A stretch of 64,000 bases of DNA from positions 76,403 to 140,402 of the forward strand of contig JAHLWR010000009.1 in NCBI GenBank assembly GCA_019057815.1, in the 5' to 3' direction. A model generated the notes under the pieces. It saw only the letters and a program-made list of their open reading frames with translations, was not told the origin of the DNA and did no database searches. The number at the start of each line of letters is the position of its first letter. The first letter of the stretch is position 1. This stretch comes from Candidatus Heimdallarchaeota archaeon (lineage in GTDB: Archaea > Asgardarchaeota > Heimdallarchaeia > Heimdallarchaeales > Heimdallarchaeaceae). This document shows positions 59,894 to 64,000 of the stretch, piece after piece. The position numbers and the translations under genes were made by a program.

Positions 59894-60721
59894 TCAAAAG
59901 AGTCCTTCTAAAACTGTGTTTATATTGTCCCCAAGGATTTTTTCCTTTTCCGTTGCTGATAGATTTAATTTTTGAATAAGATCAATTTGGTTCTTTGTCT
60001 CAGACCAACCTTCTCCGGCCCAATCGGATCCAAAAACAACATTGTCAACACCAATTTTGCGAATAAATCGAGTTGTGAAATCTAATCCAAACAACTCAGC
60101 GAGCATAGTTAACCCCCAGGAAGTTTCAACATAAACACCAGGTAAAGGTGCTATAGTTAGTAAATCAAACCATCTTGGAAAACCCATATGCCCGATAAGT
60201 ATGGTGGCTTCAGGAACTCGTTTCCAAAGGACAGCTATATGCTCTACAAGACAATTATGGAAATCTCCAGGAGTGGGGTATGCGGCCATATGAATGAAAA
60301 TTAGAGTATTTAGATCAGCAGCTTTCTTTATTAGTGGAACTATCTCTTGATCTGCAGGAGAAAAGTTTTGTATACCAGGATGGAGTTTCAACCCTCTTAA
60401 TCCTAACTCATTTACAGCATATTCAAATTCTATTACTGATTGCTTGTGTTTAGGATTGTTCACCCAAGCAAATCCAACAAGCTGCTTCGTGTGGGATTTT
60501 ACTACTTCTGAAAGGTTTTCATTTGATATTATACCAGAACATGCTACCACAAGAGCCTTATCAATGTGGTTTTTATTCATGTCAGAAATAAGACTATCTA
60601 CAGAGAAATTAGCATCCTCTGGAAGGGGAATAATATGCTCAGTTCCATCAGTACCTTTTATAAACCATTTATTTCGCTTATATGGAGGTTCCGCTAAATG
60701 AACATGACTATCGATAATCAT
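59894..60721 (-). CDS. Amidohydrolase_2 family metal-dependent hydrolase
   Basis: IIDSHVH, GLKLHP, IH, GHMG and FGSDW motifs. Confidence 0.9.
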   Translation of the reverse strand: MIIDSHVHLAEPPYKRNKWFIKGTDGTEHIIPLPEDANFSVDSLISDMNKNHIDKALVVACSGIISNENLSEVVKSHTKQLVGFAWVNNPKHKQSVIEFEYAVNELGLRGLKLHPGIQNFSPADQEIVPLIKKAADLNTLIFIHMAAYPTPGDFHNCLVEHIAVLWKRVPEATILIGHMGFPRWFDLLTIAPLPGVYVETSWGLTMLAELFGLDFTTRFIRKIGVDNVVFGSDWAGEGWSETKNQIDLIQKLNLSATEKEKILGDNINTVLEGLF

Positions 60722-61143
60722 CTATTTGGACTCCTTAATATTAAATAATATCAGGAAGAGTTTAGTATAAATAACTTTCCATCAAAAAAGATACAAAATC
60801 AGCATAGCATATAACTATTGAATACTACAAGTGAAGCACGTATTGTGAATATAATATAACTACTTTTCAATCAAATATTCCATCATTATGTCATAATTCA
60901 AATTCAAGAATTATACAAATAAATAAATCCTTAAATCTAATTTACCTTATTTCCAACCAAAACTTTTCATCTGGATGTTCTACTTGATCTACCAATCGTG
61001 TATCATGATCATTCCTTACTCCAAAAACTCTTTTCTCACAAATAAACATCGGAAATTTTTTCTTTCTATATTCGTATTCGTTGATTCTTCATTAATTTGT
61101 CAATTAATTTTTATTAATCGCGCTCAGTTTCTAGGAATAGACT

Positions 61144-61899
61144 TCATTTATTTTTGTTTTTTTCATATACAAATATCCCGATAACATATATTACAATACT
61201 TATAGCGAAAAGTATTCCCAGTCTAATCCATATTCTTGAGTCAGTTAAAGGGGTTCCAGCAAAAATTAGGCCTAAACCGTCAGTAGCATAGAAGCTCGGA
61301 AAAATCCATTTAAATGTACCTGCCCCCATAAATTCTGGTGGAATAAAGGTAGCAAATATCTGTTGTGGCACGATAAAAATAAAAGCTAATCCACTTGCTG
61401 CATTAGCACTTTTTGCAAAGTTCGCCGTGATCAGGCCAAGTCCTACACAGCAAAAGGTGAGAATTACCAAAAATACAATCACTAATAAATATCCTACAGC
61501 TGTGTTTGCTGGACGATATCCAACGATAAGGGCCATGCCTAATCCCAGCAATAGTTGGAGAAGTGGTTTAATCGTATAGGATATAATTTGGCTAAATATG
61601 TGTTCTGCAGAGGTTAATGGAGTTGTATTGATTCTTCTTTGTAAGCCCAATTCACGACCACCTGCAACAGAGGAGGCAACATCTAATATTGTTAACAAAC
61701 AGCCATATGCAAGTAATCCTGGAACCATTATTTCGAATACAGTGTAATCTTCATGCCATCCATAGTTAGAGCCCATAGTTAACCCAAAAATTAGAATAAG
61801 CACCGGAACTAACAAAAGGGTGAACACTAATGTAAGTGGTTCTGCAAATATTCTTGTTGTTTCCATCTTAACAACAGCAAGAATTCTTTTTACTTTCAT
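61144..61899 (-). CDS. ABC-2 type exporter permease
   Basis: Six TM segments; RELG...TTPL motif; follows the ATPase gene. Confidence 0.88.
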   Translation of the reverse strand: MKVKRILAVVKMETTRIFAEPLTLVFTLLLVPVLILIFGLTMGSNYGWHEDYTVFEIMVPGLLAYGCLLTILDVASSVAGGRELGLQRRINTTPLTSAEHIFSQIISYTIKPLLQLLLGLGMALIVGYRPANTAVGYLLVIVFLVILTFCCVGLGLITANFAKSANAASGLAFIFIVPQQIFATFIPPEFMGAGTFKWIFPSFYATDGLGLIFAGTPLTDSRIWIRLGILFAISIVIYVIGIFVYEKNKNK

Positions 61900-61901
61900 T
61901 A

Positions 61902-62729
61902 TTACATCCCCTCCAAAATTCTTCTACCGGTAATTTTCATAAAAACTTCCTCCAAATTTTTAACTTCATGCTCCTCAATTAACTTTTTTGGAGGTCCTAT
62001 CGCGATTAACTTCCCATAATCAATTATTGCCACTCTATCGCAAAGCTCTTCCGCTTCTTCGATATAATGGGTGGTTAAAATGATGGTTCTTTTTTGCTGT
62101 TTTATAGAACCAAGAAACTCCCAGACCTTTCGTCGATTTCGGGGATCCATACCCACAGTCGGCTCATCTAAGAAAAGAATGTCAGGTTCACTTATTAATG
62201 AAATGATTAAACTTAGTTGTCTTAACATTCCACCACTATAACTTTTTGCTAACCGCTTCCGAGCATCATATAATCCTAATAACTTTAACAGTTTTTCTGA
62301 GCGTTCTGTTATTTGTTCTTTCGACATCAGATATAATTTCCCGAAAAACTTGATGTTCCCAAGACCGGAAAGAAATTTAATTACAGCTGGTTCTTGTGGG
62401 CACACACTAATAATTTCTTTAATCCTTTTAAGATTCGTTTTTACATTATATCCTCCAACAACCGCTGTCCCTTCAGTTGGTGAATGCATACCTGTTAAAA
62501 TGTTAATAGTAGTTGTTTTTCCCGCACCATTGGGTCCTAAAAGTCCGAAGATTTCTCCATTTTTTACGTGAAACGATATTCCATCAACCGCCTTTACATC
62601 GTCCATCTTCTTTTTCTCGGCAAAGTATTTCTTTAAATCCTTCACTTCAATGGCATTGGAATTAACAAGATTATGAATCATTCCAGAATTTGAAATATCC
62701 TTTTTTTTGATTCTGTCATTGTTTTTCAC
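61902..62729 (-). CDS. ABC exporter ATPase (DrrA-like)
   Basis: GPNGAGKTT, YSGGM, LDEPT and TTH motifs. Confidence 0.92.
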   Translation of the reverse strand: MKNNDRIKKKDISNSGMIHNLVNSNAIEVKDLKKYFAEKKKMDDVKAVDGISFHVKNGEIFGLLGPNGAGKTTTINILTGMHSPTEGTAVVGGYNVKTNLKRIKEIISVCPQEPAVIKFLSGLGNIKFFGKLYLMSKEQITERSEKLLKLLGLYDARKRLAKSYSGGMLRQLSLIISLISEPDILFLDEPTVGMDPRNRRKVWEFLGSIKQQKRTIILTTHYIEEAEELCDRVAIIDYGKLIAIGPPKKLIEEHEVKNLEEVFMKITGRRILEGM

Positions 62730-62836
62730 ATTTTGTGAATATTTTTTACTTATTTAAATTTTGAGAGGAATTTTATTATAATTAGAAGTGAACAGTGGTG
62801 TGTAATTGAAATCAAATAAACATTGGAGGAGTACTT

Positions 62837-63856
62837 ATGAAAGCAATTGTATACGAAAAATATGGACCACCGGAAGTTCTTGAAGTAAAAGAGGTAGAAA
62901 AACCAACTCCGAAGGACAATGAAATACTGATAAAAGTACATGCGGTACATGTAAATTTCGGGGATATTATAGCTAGAAATATGGGAAATATCTCCCCTCG
63001 CCAGTTTTATATGCCTTTCTTGTTCTGGATTATTGCGAAATTAGCTTTGGGTATCAGAAAACCAAGAAAGAAAATACTAGGAAGTGAGTTTGCTGGGGAA
63101 ATTGAAGCAATAGGCAAAGATGTAACATTATTCAGAGAAGGTGACCAAGTTTTTGGATATAGAGGTATGAACATGGGAGCTTATGCTGAGTATCTATGTA
63201 TGCCTGAAAAAGGGACAGTGGCACTAAAACCTGCTAACATGACTATTGAGGAATCTGCAACCGTTTCTGGTAATTCAACGACTGCGTTGTGTATCCTTAG
63301 TAAAGTAAACATACAGAGTGGACAAAAAGTCCTAGTCAATGGAGCTTCTGGAGGGATAGGAAGTATTGCATTACAGCTTGCTAAACACTACGGGGCAGAA
63401 GTTACTGGGACATGCGGTACACCAAGATTAGAAATGGTAAAAGCTCTTGGTGCGGACAAAGTCATTGATTACACTAAAAAGGATTTTACACAAAGCGGTG
63501 AAACCTATGATCTTATTTTTGATGTATTAGGTAAGAGTTCGTTTTCACGTAGTAAAAGAGTGCTAAATAAAAACGGAATCTATCTTTTAGCCAACTTTAA
63601 ATCGAGACAGCTGCTTCAAATGCTAAGGACTTCAATTATAGGTAGCAAAAAAGTAAAGTGTGCGTTGTCATTGGAAGAAGATATAGATGCCATCAAAGAG
63701 CTTGTAGAGGCGGGGAAGATTAAATCATTCATAGATAGAAGCTTTCCGATGGAACAAGCTGCAGAGGCTCATGACTATGTAGAAAAAGGGCTTAAGAAAG
63801 GGTATGTTGTAATAACTTTTAACAATAATGACAAAACTAACAAAATAGAGGATTAA
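62837..63856 (+). CDS. Zn-independent MDR NAD(P)-dependent oxidoreductase
   Basis: YGPPEVL, GAYAEY and NGASGGIG motifs; SD GGAGG. Confidence 0.9.
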   Translation: MKAIVYEKYGPPEVLEVKEVEKPTPKDNEILIKVHAVHVNFGDIIARNMGNISPRQFYMPFLFWIIAKLALGIRKPRKKILGSEFAGEIEAIGKDVTLFREGDQVFGYRGMNMGAYAEYLCMPEKGTVALKPANMTIEESATVSGNSTTALCILSKVNIQSGQKVLVNGASGGIGSIALQLAKHYGAEVTGTCGTPRLEMVKALGADKVIDYTKKDFTQSGETYDLIFDVLGKSSFSRSKRVLNKNGIYLLANFKSRQLLQMLRTSIIGSKKVKCALSLEEDIDAIKELVEAGKIKSFIDRSFPMEQAAEAHDYVEKGLKKGYVVITFNNNDKTNKIED

Positions 63857-63858
63857 TT

Positions 63859-64000
63859 ATGAAAGCAGTTGTATATGAAAAATACGGTCCACCGGATGTT
63901 CTTCAGCTCAAAGAGGTAGCCAAACCTATACCTAAAGATAATGAAGTACTAATAAGAGTATATGCTTCAACAGTACATGCAGGGGATGTTAGAATGAGAA
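63859..64000 (+). CDS. Second MDR oxidoreductase paralog, 3' truncated
   Basis: [34 protein letters not shown]..., closely similar to the preceding N-terminus; absent from the ORF track. Confidence 0.88.
   Translation, partial: MKAVVYEKYGPPDVLQLKEVAKPIPKDNEVLIRVYASTVHAGDVRMR

Noticed and set aside
114-62950. Many short ORF-track entries antisense to, or nested in, long genes (e.g. 4005-4430, 57743-58042, 62750-62950)
   Set aside because: They are shadows of well-supported genes and have no motifs or ribosome-binding sites.
1-64000. Genome-wide TAG reassignment
   Set aside because: TAG ends several apparently complete genes (2774, 17818, 26071, 35559, 50071).

Overview
AT-rich (roughly a third G+C by eye), gene-dense archaeal chromosomal segment. 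BRE/TATA promoters, GGAGG/GGTGA-type Shine-Dalgarno sites, a PGF-CTERM-tailed binding protein, TPR proteins and kinases with no DNA-binding output suggest an Asgard (Heimdallarchaeia-like) archaeon; this is inference, as no marker gene is present. About 52 CDSs; no rRNA, tRNA, CRISPR array or intact transposase was recognised. Left half: NTP-transferase/PAP2 genes, tldD-pmbA, a 1399-aa PlsA/Ger-like activase-reductase, a DUF433/PIN toxin-antitoxin pair, an MgtE/SLC41 gene broken by one in-frame TAG, an Aur1-like PAP2, a metallophosphoesterase + divergent RtcB-like + GDPD operon, and a transporter fused to an Lrp/AsnC ligand-binding domain. Right half: a peptide and amino-acid catabolic region (DmpA, M20, amidohydrolase, two serine hydrolases, class-III aminotransferase, MmsA, Opp ABC system, TPR-wHTH protein), then a soluble phosphorelay operon. 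Best new observations: (1) a palindromic operator TGTTTAG-N15-(C/T)TAAACA found three times beside promoters of the catabolic genes, with the TPR-wHTH gene behind the opp genes as candidate regulator; (2) the divergent RtcB-like operon; (3) the transporter-RAM fusion with a stand-alone RAM partner; (4) bacterial- and eukaryote-type lipid enzyme homologues. All family calls come from motif recognition, not database searches.
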